A DNA stretch of 56,455 bases from a virus (taxonomy: Duplodnaviria; Caudoviricetes): the IMG/VR virus record IMGVR_UViG_3300030117_005233, positions 1 through 56,455 of that record. The stretch is one strand, 5' to 3'. Positions 1 to 9,156 of this stretch are shown here, one piece after another. Numbering within the stretch: position 1 is the stretch's first letter; each line of letters opens with the position of its first letter. Under the pieces are notes generated by a model that was not told the origin of the DNA, did no database searches, and was given only the letters and a program-made list of their open reading frames with translations. A program made the translations under genes and the position numbers.

Positions 1-1
1 T

Positions 2-307
2 ATAGCTGCACCACAAATATATAATAACTCAGCTATTTTTGGGTTTGGTGCTGGACAAACTAATTCCATAGAAGGTAGTGGACTTTTTGCTGATGACGGC
101 CCGTTCAACGCAAGTTTAGAACTAAACGAAGAACAATACCTAGTTGTATTCACTTCATTTAGACCAGATGCTTTAGGTTCAATGAGTGTAGATGTACATG
201 GGCCTAATGAATTATCGTGGGCTGTAGTACCTGAACCAGCAACTATAGGTTTATTTTTAGGTGGAATAGGAACACTATTGTTAATTAGAAAAAGGATACA
301 TGGATGA
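2..307 (+). CDS. PEP-CTERM sorting-domain protein, 5'-truncated by the window edge
   Basis: Not in the ORF track. Frame 2 translated by hand is open from base 2 and ends VVPEPATIGLFLGGIGTLLLIRKRIHG* (PEP motif, TM helix, basic tail). The TGA at 305-307 overlaps the next ATG. Confidence 0.9.
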   Translation: MAAPQIYNNSAIFGFGAGQTNSIEGSGLFADDGPFNASLELNEEQYLVVFTSFRPDALGSMSVDVHGPNELSWAVVPEPATIGLFLGGIGTLLLIRKRIHG

Positions 308-864
308 AAAAACTAATCATAGGATTAATGATGTTATGTTCAGTTGTCTATTCTGATCTGATTACTACATTTGATTTTGATATTACAACTGCATTAACTT
401 GGACCCCGCCTGGTGAAAGTGGTACGTTCTATTATAATGTTGCATACTTTACAGTAAGTACAAATGGTTCTTATACTGCACAAAATAATCTTATTACTTC
501 ACATGATTCTTGGGATTATGGAACATCTACAAATGGTTTTACAGAAGCAGACACATATATCTATCTCTATAAGGATATGTTTCAAAAAGAAGACCCAAAT
601 AAATATTTAATTGCAGAAGATGATGATGGTTATAATGGTGGTAATGGTTATCAATTTGAGTTAACTCAAACTTTACAATCAGGTGTAACATATTGGGCAG
701 TTATATCGACATATGATTCAGAAGAATTAATGAGTGGAGATGTAAATGTATTAGGGCCAGCTGGTTCAAGTATTAATATAACAACTATACCTGAACCATA
801 CGCAGCCGGGTTAATTGTTGTAGGTGGATTAAGTTTATTAATAGGTCGAAGATTGTTTAGGTGA
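304..864 (+). CDS. PEP-CTERM surface protein with signal peptide and a PPC/DVUA0089-like domain
   Basis: N-terminal signal MKKLIIGLMMLCSVVYS; DTYIYLY...AEDDDG motif; C-terminus IPEPYAAGLIVVGGLSLLIGRRLFR. Confidence 0.88.
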   Translation: MKKLIIGLMMLCSVVYSDLITTFDFDITTALTWTPPGESGTFYYNVAYFTVSTNGSYTAQNNLITSHDSWDYGTSTNGFTEADTYIYLYKDMFQKEDPNKYLIAEDDDGYNGGNGYQFELTQTLQSGVTYWAVISTYDSEELMSGDVNVLGPAGSSINITTIPEPYAAGLIVVGGLSLLIGRRLFR

Positions 865-870
865 ACATTT

Positions 871-2055
871 ATGAAAAAGTTTTTTTGTTTATTAGTATTT
901 TTATTATCAGTTACGTCATCGTATGGATTACTGAACGATTTAATAATTCTTAAAAATCATACACGACCTGGATATGATGATAATATTTTTACTCGTACAT
1001 CAGGTAACGAAACAGGTTCTTACTATGTAGAACAAATAGTAAGTATCGATGCAATCTTATCTGCTAGTCAAAAACAAATGTTATCTACAATGTATAGTCC
1101 AAAGTTTGTATGGAGAGATATAGATAACAAACAAATGTTATTTCATAATTGGACTACTAAACTACAATATAAACCTAATCCAAAATCAACAATAGATGCT
1201 TCTCATAAATGGACTGTATCAGAAAGAGAACCAACAGATATAGATATTGATTCAGATATAACTTGGGAACAAACACAAACTGATTTACAATTTTCTCATA
1301 CATATTCACGAAGACATTCTACCGTTATTGGTTTAACACGAAAAACAAAAGAATGGTCAGAGAACTTATTGGCAGTCGGTGAGATGTATACTGATGGAGA
1401 CTTTGAACAATATTCAGCAAACATTCATCAGATATATGAGATCTGGCAAGGAAAATTATTTTGGACTTATGGTATTGAAGCTGCACATCACGAATATGTA
1501 AATGATCGTGGTGGATTTTATGGAGGAGACATCTATAATAATCTAATGTATGTGTTAGGACAATCATCAATACTTCAACTTAGTTATTGGTACGGACACG
1601 CAACAACTGTATTACAAGGAGATGATGGTGAACACGAAACAGATGGTGGAGGCTGGGGACCGTCTTGGAAAGTATCATTAAATTCTCAACTATCAAAAAA
1701 CCTAATGACTGGATTATCTGTATCGTACGAAACAGTTGATTCATCTATCGCATTTTGGAACTCAAAAGATGTTTACAAAGCAATGGTAAATGCTAAATAT
1801 AATATAACACCGAAAACAGAAATAATGTCTGCTTTTGTCCTGACAGATAGTCATTATCTTGAGGACTATGACAGAAACGGTACTGGCCTTACCAGAGAAG
1901 ATATACTCGGTGTTGCTATATGTAACTTTACCTATAATATAAACAGAAATCATGCTGCAGAAATTAATTTTATGGGATTCGCAATGAACCCGGATGATGA
2001 AGTTCAAGGCGTCGCAAGAAATAAATTAACAATTGGTTATAGGCTTACTCTATAA
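871..2055 (+). CDS. Outer-membrane beta-barrel protein (EPS/PEP-CTERM-associated type)
   Basis: Signal peptide, early GYDDNIF motif, alternating amphipathic strands, C-terminal beta-signal-like LTIGYRLTL. Confidence 0.75.
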   Translation: MKKFFCLLVFLLSVTSSYGLLNDLIILKNHTRPGYDDNIFTRTSGNETGSYYVEQIVSIDAILSASQKQMLSTMYSPKFVWRDIDNKQMLFHNWTTKLQYKPNPKSTIDASHKWTVSEREPTDIDIDSDITWEQTQTDLQFSHTYSRRHSTVIGLTRKTKEWSENLLAVGEMYTDGDFEQYSANIHQIYEIWQGKLFWTYGIEAAHHEYVNDRGGFYGGDIYNNLMYVLGQSSILQLSYWYGHATTVLQGDDGEHETDGGGWGPSWKVSLNSQLSKNLMTGLSVSYETVDSSIAFWNSKDVYKAMVNAKYNITPKTEIMSAFVLTDSHYLEDYDRNGTGLTREDILGVAICNFTYNINRNHAAEINFMGFAMNPDDEVQGVARNKLTIGYRLTL

Positions 2056-2059
2056 TCTG

Positions 2060-2067
2060 TATAAATA
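2060..2067 (+). promoter_or_regulatory. T4-type late promoter
   Basis: TATAAATA 5 nt upstream of the ATG at 2073. Confidence 0.7.
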
Positions 2068-2072
2068 GAAGT

Positions 2073-2333
2073 ATGATATATACATTTGCATGTGATAATT
2101 GTAATGGAAGTTTTGAAGTTAACGTGCCTATCGCAGATAATCAAAAACCACTTTCTCAAAAATGTCCACTATGTGGCGTAAAAGGAAAAGTCTATAGAGT
2201 CTTCGATAGTAGTGGTTTTCAATATAACGATCAAATGATGAAGAGAGCCGGAGATGGATGGAATGATGTTTTAAAATCCATTCATAAAGCTTCTGGACGT
2301 AAGAGTAATATTCATCAACATATGAGACGTTAA
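2073..2333 (+). CDS. FmdB-family zinc-ribbon protein
   Basis: YTFACDNC...FE...CPLCG pattern and C-terminal GWNDVLKSI, typical of T4-like phage members. Confidence 0.8.
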   Translation: MIYTFACDNCNGSFEVNVPIADNQKPLSQKCPLCGVKGKVYRVFDSSGFQYNDQMMKRAGDGWNDVLKSIHKASGRKSNIHQHMRR

Positions 2334-4465
2334 GCAACCATCTCAACGAACTTGTTGACGAATATTCTTTGACCCTTATTCTTCTTGTTGTGCTTGATGA
2401 AGGCATTCTTAAGTGCGCTGTCACTTAACTCTCGTGTATCAACATCACCGAACGAAGTGTCAGAGTCAAGATTGTTTTCATCGTATCTTCGATTAGCAGC
2501 CTTAAGGATGAATGATCTGTCGAAGCCACACTCACCATCACGCATGAAGATGTTTTCTGCTCTGTACTGCTTCCACTCATCATTAGAAACATACCAATAT
2601 TGTTGTCTTACATCTTCCTTAGAATTTGTTAAGAAGAAGTGAATAACGTTTGAACCAGTAACAGCTCGGTAGTTATCGAAAAGAATAGGTGTAACATGCT
2701 TGTGACGTGTATCATCAATTGTGATTTGCTTTCCACCAGCGATCTTACCGATGAACTTCGAACCACGCTCTGACATACCTAAACTAAAACCTTCACCATC
2801 AGTCAACCACATTGTTGTAACATTTTGTGGCTTGTGACGAGCGATGAAATCTTTTGCGATGTGAGTTGAAACAATAATTGCTTCTGACATCGGAGTACCA
2901 CCAAGACCTTCTAAATTAGAAGGAGTATCGTGACAATCTAACATTCTTGAAGCTACATACATATCCTTACAAGCTTTGTTGAACTTAGCACCTTTAAGAT
3001 CACTTGAAAGAAGTTGAATCATTTGTAAATCATCCATTCTAGAAAAAGTACAATTAGGAGCTTCGAAGTTAACATCTCTTCTGTTACCAGAAGTGAATCC
3101 GTAAACTTCGAAAGGTATACCAACACCTTGACAAAACATTGCTAGGTTAATAGCTTGCTTGTAAATTGTACCAATGTTGTAAGACATTGAACCAGACATA
3201 TCGATGTAGAACAACATCCCGTGATTTTTAGCGTTAGCTAAAGTTGTCACGCTGTTGAAGATATCTTCGCTGTACTTGTAAGAGTGAATCTTGTTAACAT
3301 CTAGTTTACCAGTTTTAGAAACTGTTGCTCTAGAGTATTGGTAAGCAGCTTTCTTCATATCAAACTCACGTTTAAGAGCCGCAACATATTTTTTAGTTGT
3401 TCTTTTAAATTCTAAATAATCATCCGCATATTCTGGTTTTCTATCAGCACCGTAACCGGTCCACTCATCACGTGATTTTTCTAACTCATCGTATGTGAAG
3501 ATTGTGTGGTTAATCATTTCCTTAGTAGCATCAACAAAGTTGTGAATAGCATTACAATTCCAATGGTCGTCATCATCATTAGAAACTCTTGTATCTTTCA
3601 TGCTGTCATTAAGAGCTTCGTCAGAATCTGAACCGTAACGACTAGGAGCAGGTTTTGATTCTTCAGTTTCAGCTTCTTCACCGTCGTCTGACCAGTCATC
3701 ATCGTAATCTGAAAGATCTGTTGATTCGTCATCGTCTGTACTCATAACATCACCTTGTGAGTTATCAGTTTCTTCAGAATCAGAATCAGAATCATTGTTA
3801 GATGAAGTAGACTCAGTATTTTCACTAGAATCATCGTTAGAATCATCAGATGAATTAGAAGTTTCTTCGTTGTCTTCGTCTTCAGGCTTTTCGTTTTCGT
3901 CAACAAACTTGATAATCTCTTCACAAGCATCAAGAACATCTTCGTAAGTTTCAGCCGCATAAACTAAGTCAACTAATTTTTGCTCTTCATCAGAAAACTC
4001 AACATCAACTAATTTACGAAGTTTTGCTTTGATATTTAATCTATCAACAAAACCACGCTCAGATATTGGTGTTTCGTTTAATTTGAAAAAGTCTCTGTCA
4101 TAAAGGTCTTTGTAACCATTAGTAAATGAACGAATCAATCCAGGATATTCTTTCTGAACTAAACGCTCTATACGTACGTCTTCTACTATATTACATAAAG
4201 AGAATGGTACATTTTTAAATCGTTTTAAGAACGCATCAACACCATTTTCTGGAGTATGAAGTGCGTGTGATATTTCGTGACCAATGAAAAGGTCAAGAAC
4301 ATCGTTTGATATACCGTCCCACAATGGAAGTTGTAGTACACGGTTTTTTACGTCAAATGAGGCTGTTTCATAGTCACCACGTTGGATAGTAATATCCTCA
4401 CGTGCTAATAATTTAGCAACCATAGATTTGACTTCTGTACGGATTAATTTTTCCGCAGCAGTCAT
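2330..4465 (-). CDS. CobT-like metallopeptidase-motif/VWA protein, partner of the MoxR ATPase
   Basis: HEISH motif, NIVEDVRIE, acidic linker, VWA MIDAS DMSGS...T...LTDG. Start re-called to 4465 (MTAAEK; 4492 is an alternative) because the 4561 start lies upstream of the promoter. Confidence 0.8.
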   Translation of the reverse strand: MTAAEKLIRTEVKSMVAKLLAREDITIQRGDYETASFDVKNRVLQLPLWDGISNDVLDLFIGHEISHALHTPENGVDAFLKRFKNVPFSLCNIVEDVRIERLVQKEYPGLIRSFTNGYKDLYDRDFFKLNETPISERGFVDRLNIKAKLRKLVDVEFSDEEQKLVDLVYAAETYEDVLDACEEIIKFVDENEKPEDEDNEETSNSSDDSNDDSSENTESTSSNNDSDSDSEETDNSQGDVMSTDDDESTDLSDYDDDWSDDGEEAETEESKPAPSRYGSDSDEALNDSMKDTRVSNDDDDHWNCNAIHNFVDATKEMINHTIFTYDELEKSRDEWTGYGADRKPEYADDYLEFKRTTKKYVAALKREFDMKKAAYQYSRATVSKTGKLDVNKIHSYKYSEDIFNSVTTLANAKNHGMLFYIDMSGSMSYNIGTIYKQAINLAMFCQGVGIPFEVYGFTSGNRRDVNFEAPNCTFSRMDDLQMIQLLSSDLKGAKFNKACKDMYVASRMLDCHDTPSNLEGLGGTPMSEAIIVSTHIAKDFIARHKPQNVTTMWLTDGEGFSLGMSERGSKFIGKIAGGKQITIDDTRHKHVTPILFDNYRAVTGSNVIHFFLTNSKEDVRQQYWYVSNDEWKQYRAENIFMRDGECGFDRSFILKAANRRYDENNLDSDTSFGDVDTRELSDSALKNAFIKHNKKNKGQRIFVNKFVEMVA

Positions 4466-4498
4466 ATTGTTTGTCTTATCAGTGTCAATCATGTATAT

Positions 4499-4527
4499 AT
4501 TATACCAAACCATGCCAGATTTGTACA
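4499..4527 (-). promoter_or_regulatory. Early (sigma70-like) promoter for the VWA gene
   Basis: TGTACA-N17-TATAAT with extended TGG on the minus strand. Confidence 0.75.
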
Positions 4528-4542
4528 CAAAAAAGAATCTAC

Positions 4543-4627
4543 CTAAGTTGTTGGTACCCAATCACTTACATAGGCGACCGCAAAAAAATCGTCAATTTAC
4601 GTAAGTGATTCAGTACCAACAACTTAC
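4543..4627. repeat. Pair of 27-bp imperfect palindromes, inverted to each other
   Basis: CTAAGTTGTTGGTACCCAATCACTTAC (4543-4569) and GTAAGTGATTCAGTACCAACAACTTAC (4601-4627); 24/27 match as reverse complements. Confidence 0.9.
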
Positions 4628-4643
4628 GTAGGTCACTTTTCGA

Positions 4644-4672
4644 TTTACTTTTGATAGGTCATTTGGTATAAT
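4644..4672 (+). promoter_or_regulatory. Early promoter for the MoxR ATPase
   Basis: TTTACT-N17-TATAAT with extended TGG. Confidence 0.75.
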
Positions 4673-4702
4673 ATTACCATAACAACATAACAAAGGACTA
4701 AC

Positions 4703-5863
4703 ATGACTGATACAGTTAAAATATTAAAAGAGGCAATGGGGGAAAAATCTCTAAGTCGTAAAGATATCATTGCCCTAGGTCACAAACATGACCTAACGAC
4801 TGAGTCTGTGGATAAAGTTATCTACAGTAACAAATACCTACATAGAACTCCAAAAGGTGCTCGTGGGTATACGTATTCATTTAATAAACCAGTTGCTGCA
4901 GCACCTGCTCCAAAAGCTGAGTTTGCTCTTTCGACAAGCGTTACTTCTGTCAAATCAGAAGAAGTTTACGTTCCATCTGTCGTTCCAGAATACGTCAAAT
5001 GGGGTCAATCTCGTAACATCGAGATGATTATCCGTTCTAACGAATTTTTCCCGGTTTACATTTCGGGACCATCTGGTAATGGTAAAACCATGATGATAGA
5101 ACAAGCGTGTGCTAGAACAAAAACAAACTATGTTCGTGTTCAGATCACACCTGAAACTGACGAAGACGATTTGATCGGTGGTTTCAGATTAATTAATGGT
5201 GAGACTGTTTTCTGTAAAGGTCCAGTCATCAAAGCCATGGAAGAAGGCGCACTTCTTCTTATTGACGAGATCGACCGTGGTTCAAACAAAATCATGTGTT
5301 TGCAAGGTGTTCTCGAAGGTAATCCTGTTCTAATCAAAAAGACGGGTGAGGTTGTTCATCCGGCTAGTGGTTTCAACGTGATTGCGACAGCAAACACTAA
5401 AGGTCGTGGTTCAGAGGACGGTCGTTTCTCTGCGGCTACAATCATCGACGAAGCTTTCTTAGAAAGATTCGTTTCAGCGATCGATCAACCTTGGCCCACA
5501 AAAGCCACTGAGGTTAAGATCCTTAAAAATCACATGAGCAAGTACGATGCTCTTGATGAGGATTTCGCTGACAAGTTAACAACTTGGTCAAGTATCATCC
5601 GTAAGACTTTCGAAGCGGATGGTGTCGATGAGGTTATCTCAACACGTCGTTTGTGTCACATCGCAAAGTCGTTCGCGATCTTCAACGATCGTCTGACAGC
5701 GATCAATATGTGTATCGCTCGTTTCGACGAAGATACGACTACCGCGTTCACAGATCTTTACACTAAGATCGATGCGGGTGAGTTGACCGAGGATGAGGAT
5801 GAATATTCAAATCCTTACGCTCACGAAGGTCGAATTGATCCAAACGATGATTCAAGATGGTAA
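4703..5863 (+). CDS. MoxR/CbbQ-type AAA+ ATPase (phage CobS-like)
   Basis: Walker A GPSGNGKT, Walker B LLIDEID, DLIGG, TANTKG, AFLERF, ISTRRL. Confidence 0.9.
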   Translation: MTDTVKILKEAMGEKSLSRKDIIALGHKHDLTTESVDKVIYSNKYLHRTPKGARGYTYSFNKPVAAAPAPKAEFALSTSVTSVKSEEVYVPSVVPEYVKWGQSRNIEMIIRSNEFFPVYISGPSGNGKTMMIEQACARTKTNYVRVQITPETDEDDLIGGFRLINGETVFCKGPVIKAMEEGALLLIDEIDRGSNKIMCLQGVLEGNPVLIKKTGEVVHPASGFNVIATANTKGRGSEDGRFSAATIIDEAFLERFVSAIDQPWPTKATEVKILKNHMSKYDALDEDFADKLTTWSSIIRKTFEADGVDEVISTRRLCHIAKSFAIFNDRLTAINMCIARFDEDTTTAFTDLYTKIDAGELTEDEDEYSNPYAHEGRIDPNDDSRW

Positions 5864-5896
5864 TCAATTTCCCTCAAAATCGTGTTAGTCCCACGT

Positions 5897-5922
5897 GCCA
5901 CTCCTTCGGGAGTGGTTTTTTT
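5897..5922 (+). terminator. Rho-independent terminator with a C(UUCG)G tetraloop
   Basis: GCCACTCC-TTCG-GGAGTGGT followed by a T run. Confidence 0.9.
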
Positions 5923-5935
5923 ATTAAAAGAAGTA

Positions 5936-5964
5936 TGTACAATGATTTAGAAATTTGGTATAAT
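5936..5964 (+). promoter_or_regulatory. Early promoter for the gp45 operon
   Basis: TGTACA-N17-TATAAT. Confidence 0.75.
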
Positions 5965-5990
5965 ATACCTATAATTACAAGGAGAAAGAT

Positions 5991-6638
5991 ATGTCGATAA
6001 GTACAGATACGATTAGTAAGTTAAAAAACTTTTCTAATATAAATGCCAACCTAGTTTATACTGGTGACGGTAAATTAAAAACAATCAGTGAAGCAAAAAA
6101 TATTCTTGCCGCAGCTGATATTACAGAAGATTGGAAAGATGAGTTTGGTATCTACGATCTAAATGAATTTTTAGCAGTCTCACAGATTATTCCAGACGCA
6201 ACATTTACTTATACAAAAGAAAGTTGTGTGTTTTCTGGTAATGGTCGTAAAGTAAAATATACTTTTGCAGATCCAGCAATTCTCACAGCTCCAACAAAAG
6301 ATGTGACAATGCCTGCGGCTGAAGTACAGATTACAATTACTAATGATGAAATCAATGAATTGCGTAAAGCCGCATCAACACTTGGTCACAATACACTTAG
6401 AATAACTGAGTCGTCTTTGTCAGTGATTGATTCTAGTGGTGCGACAGCAAACACTTTTAGTATAGAAAATAAAATTAAAACAGATGACACATTTCAGTTT
6501 GATTTTCTAATAAATAATTTGAAACTCATGCCTGGAGATTATGACGTTAACTTATCGTCTAAGCTTATCTCTGAATGGGTTGGTCAAAATGTAACATATT
6601 GGATAGCATTGGAGAAAACATCTAAATATGGTGGATAG
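5991..6638 (+). CDS. gp45: Sliding clamp
   Basis: LKNFSNIN, FGIYDLNEFL, NLKLMPGDY, YWIALE motifs; upstream of gp44. Confidence 0.95.
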   Translation: MSISTDTISKLKNFSNINANLVYTGDGKLKTISEAKNILAAADITEDWKDEFGIYDLNEFLAVSQIIPDATFTYTKESCVFSGNGRKVKYTFADPAILTAPTKDVTMPAAEVQITITNDEINELRKAASTLGHNTLRITESSLSVIDSSGATANTFSIENKIKTDDTFQFDFLINNLKLMPGDYDVNLSSKLISEWVGQNVTYWIALEKTSKYGG

Positions 6639-6882
6639 ATTTTATATGTGTAGATGCGGTAACATTATTGAAACTGGCCGCGTAGAGTTAGGTTTAAAAA
6701 CTTGTTTAAAATGTGCACAACGTATGAATGCGCCAAAAGTTATGGGTCGTATGGTTTATCCACATAAAACCGGAGGCGAGATTGAAATAATGACAGCAGA
6801 ATCCTATAACGAAAATAAAAAATATTTTAAACCACAAGGTACACATTCGTGTGTAAAGAATTTTAGTAAAGCAACTAGATAA
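6628..6882 (+). CDS. DksA/TraR-like C4 zinc-finger protein
   Basis: CRCGNII...RVELG...TCLKCA spacing. Confidence 0.55.
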   Translation: MVDRFYMCRCGNIIETGRVELGLKTCLKCAQRMNAPKVMGRMVYPHKTGGEIEIMTAESYNENKKYFKPQGTHSCVKNFSKATR

Positions 6883-6896
6883 AAAAGGAAAGTCAT

Positions 6897-7154
6897 ATGG
6901 CAACAGAATTACATTTACCTGATATCGCAAATGCTCTACAATGTATTGATATAGCTGCTCAAAGAGGAGCATATCAAGGTAGGGAACTAAGTGATATTGG
7001 TCGTGTTCGCGACAAGCTAGAAGCTTGGGTACAACAAAATGCACCTAAGCCAGAAGATGTTCAGCCACCAGCGCCTCCAGTAACGGCACCTCCGCCAGTT
7101 AATGAGACTGCTGACACGGCTGAAATAGTTGACGTTAACACAGAAGGAGAATAA
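6897..7154 (+). CDS. Conserved T4-like hypothetical protein
   Basis: IDIAAQRGAYQGRELSDIG motif, Pro-rich tail, upstream AGGA SD. Confidence 0.6.
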   Translation: MATELHLPDIANALQCIDIAAQRGAYQGRELSDIGRVRDKLEAWVQQNAPKPEDVQPPAPPVTAPPPVNETADTAEIVDVNTEGE

Positions 7155-7158
7155 TTAA

Positions 7159-8109
7159 GTGAGTAGTGGTGAATTTCTTTGGTGTGAAGAATATAGACCA
7201 AAGACTATAGATGAATGTATACTACCGGAAGATCTTAAAGTAACGTTTAATAAGATCGTTGAAACAGGTGAAATGCATAATATGTTATTATCCGGGACAT
7301 CTGGTCTTGGTAAAACAACTGTAGCTAAAGCACTTTGTCACGAACTTAATCTTGATTATATTCTTATTAATAGTTCAGAAGATAGTGGTATTGATGTACT
7401 CCGTAATAGGATTCGTCAATTTGCTTCTTCTATTTCTTTAAGTGGATCTGATTCTCATAAAGTAGTGATACTTGATGAGGCAGATTACTTAAATACACAA
7501 TCTACTCAACCAGCACTTCGCGCATTTATTGAAGAGTTCTCAACGAACTGTCGATTCATCTTTACTTGTAATTATCGTAACAAGATCATTGATCCTCTTC
7601 AATCGCGTTGTGCTGTAGTTGAGTTTAATACTACAAAAAAACATCTAGCTGGCTTAGCAGCACAATTTCATAAAAGACTTTCAAAAATATTAAAGGAAAA
7701 AGAGGTAAAATATGATGAACGAATTCTTGCAGAGCTCATTATGTTACATGCACCTGATTGGCGCAGAGTCCTTAACGAAGTTCAGCGTTATAGTATTAAC
7801 GGCGAGTTATCGGCTGCAGCTTTGGTCGGAACATCTGTTGGACAAATCGATGCGCTCGTTGGATTCCTTAGAGAAAAAAATTTCAAATCTATGAGAGGCT
7901 GGGTTGCGCAAAATCCGGATTTAGATTCAAGTGTTATATTTAGAAAACTATACGACGGCGCAAATCAATATTTAGAACCACACAGTATTCCTCAATTAGT
8001 TTTAATATTAGCGGACTATCAATACAAAGCAGCGTTTGCAGCTGATAAAGAATTAAATATAGTTGCTTGTCTAACAGAGATAATGGGATCATTACAATGG
8101 AAAAAATGA
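7159..8109 (+). CDS. gp44: Clamp loader large subunit
   Basis: LWCEEYRP, GTSGLGKTT, ILDEAD, LQSRC. Confidence 0.96.
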   Translation: MSSGEFLWCEEYRPKTIDECILPEDLKVTFNKIVETGEMHNMLLSGTSGLGKTTVAKALCHELNLDYILINSSEDSGIDVLRNRIRQFASSISLSGSDSHKVVILDEADYLNTQSTQPALRAFIEEFSTNCRFIFTCNYRNKIIDPLQSRCAVVEFNTTKKHLAGLAAQFHKRLSKILKEKEVKYDERILAELIMLHAPDWRRVLNEVQRYSINGELSAAALVGTSVGQIDALVGFLREKNFKSMRGWVAQNPDLDSSVIFRKLYDGANQYLEPHSIPQLVLILADYQYKAAFAADKELNIVACLTEIMGSLQWKK

Positions 8110-8390
8110 CAAAAAAAGAAAAAAAAGAATTTTTGAAAAACTATGATGATGGAAGCTTCATAAACGATAAAGGTATTAAAACTTATACAATATATAATAA
8201 CGATCATGTTCTAGAACAAGTCTTAGGACTAGCAAAATCCTATGGCCAATGGTGTAGTTGGGATCATAAAGAGATATGTTCAGACTTAAAAGAAGTATGG
8301 GATGTAGAAAAACCTGGCATGATTATAAAAGAATTTAATGAGATATTTAAAGATTATGTTCAACTAACATTTTTATAAAGGAGAAAAATA

Positions 8391-8594
8391 ATGGCGTGGT
8401 ATGAAAAAGGAAGTCTATTGGACAAGTTTATCAAAACACTTGATAAGTGGGCCGGCAATACAGGAGAACCAAACTTCGAAGAACTGACAAAAACAGAATT
8501 AGAAGAGTATGGTCGTACTATTGGTATTGAATTAGACAAAAGAAAAAAGAAAGCTACCTTGATTAAAGAATTACATCAAGCTCGCGGTGAATAA
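8391..8594 (+). CDS. Small helical protein (Rho-N/HeH-like C-terminus)
   Basis: AAGGAG SD; LTKTELEEYGRTIGIELDKRKKKATLI. Confidence 0.5.
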   Translation: MAWYEKGSLLDKFIKTLDKWAGNTGEPNFEELTKTELEEYGRTIGIELDKRKKKATLIKELHQARGE

Positions 8595-8769
8595 TACTAG
8601 TATAAAAGTTATTGTTTGGAGATTATTATCTATTACATGTTATATAATCGCAGCTAGAACTTGGTTTGGAGATTGGCATGTTACTGGTTTTGGCTTAACA
8701 ATGGCAGCAATAATGACATATGTGCATTATCTTTTTGAGAAAGTGTGGGTAAGATTTGAGTCCGTTTGA
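8587..8769 (+). CDS. Small membrane protein (DUF2061-like)
   Basis: K..VWR...two TM segments...HYLFEKVW. Confidence 0.5.
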   Translation: MNNTSIKVIVWRLLSITCYIIAARTWFGDWHVTGFGLTMAAIMTYVHYLFEKVWVRFESV

Positions 8770-9139
8770 TTATTTAAATTCAATAAACTTGACAAAGAAA
8801 AATCTTATAGTTGATGAACAATCTGAAAAGGATTATGTTCCTTTTATTGTTAATCGAGGATTAGGTTATTTTTCTGATACGGTTTTACTTGCTAATGAGA
8901 TGAATGTTAATTGTAATTTAGATAGTAAGATGCAGTATGATTTTCTAAGGAGTACCGTGAAAAAGAGAAAGAGATTTAGTAAATGGTTAAAAGCAGATGA
9001 CGATGAAAAGATTGATATTATTTGTAAGTATTTTGGTTATAGTCGCAGTGTTGCTAAATCTGTCGTTGATTTATTTGATGAGCAAACTATCGATATACTA
9101 AAGAAAAGATTAGACAAAGGTGGCTCATACAGGAAGTAA
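8756..9139 (+). CDS. gp62: Clamp loader small subunit
   Basis: SPFDYLNSIN, YVPFIVNRGL, KRKRFSKW, DKGG. Confidence 0.93.
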   Translation: MSPFDYLNSINLTKKNLIVDEQSEKDYVPFIVNRGLGYFSDTVLLANEMNVNCNLDSKMQYDFLRSTVKKRKRFSKWLKADDDEKIDIICKYFGYSRSVAKSVVDLFDEQTIDILKKRLDKGGSYRK

Positions 9140-9143
9140 TTTA

Positions 9144-9151
9144 TATAAATA
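9144..9151 (+). promoter_or_regulatory. T4-type late promoter
   Basis: TATAAATA just before regA. Confidence 0.65.
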
Positions 9152-9156
9152 CTTCT

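Noticed and set aside
3640-3900. Short tandem-like repeats (tcagaa, tcatcg) in the VWA gene
   Set aside because: Explained by the low-complexity Asp/Ser/Glu linker
4466-4561. Extended N-termini in the ORF track (4561 start; also 51987, 49837, 23771, 13579, 52370)
   Set aside because: They run through promoters or upstream genes; downstream ATGs with SD or stop-start overlap fit better
4543-4627. CRISPR mini-array from the 27-bp repeats with 31-bp gaps (also 51921-52005)
   Set aside because: Only two degenerate copies per locus, the first pair is inverted, there are no cas genes, and the position relative to promoters is fixed
4703-5863. cobS/cobT as cobalamin-synthesis auxiliary genes
   Set aside because: Motifs show only a MoxR AAA+/VWA chaperone pair common in T4-like phages; no cobN or other cob genes are present
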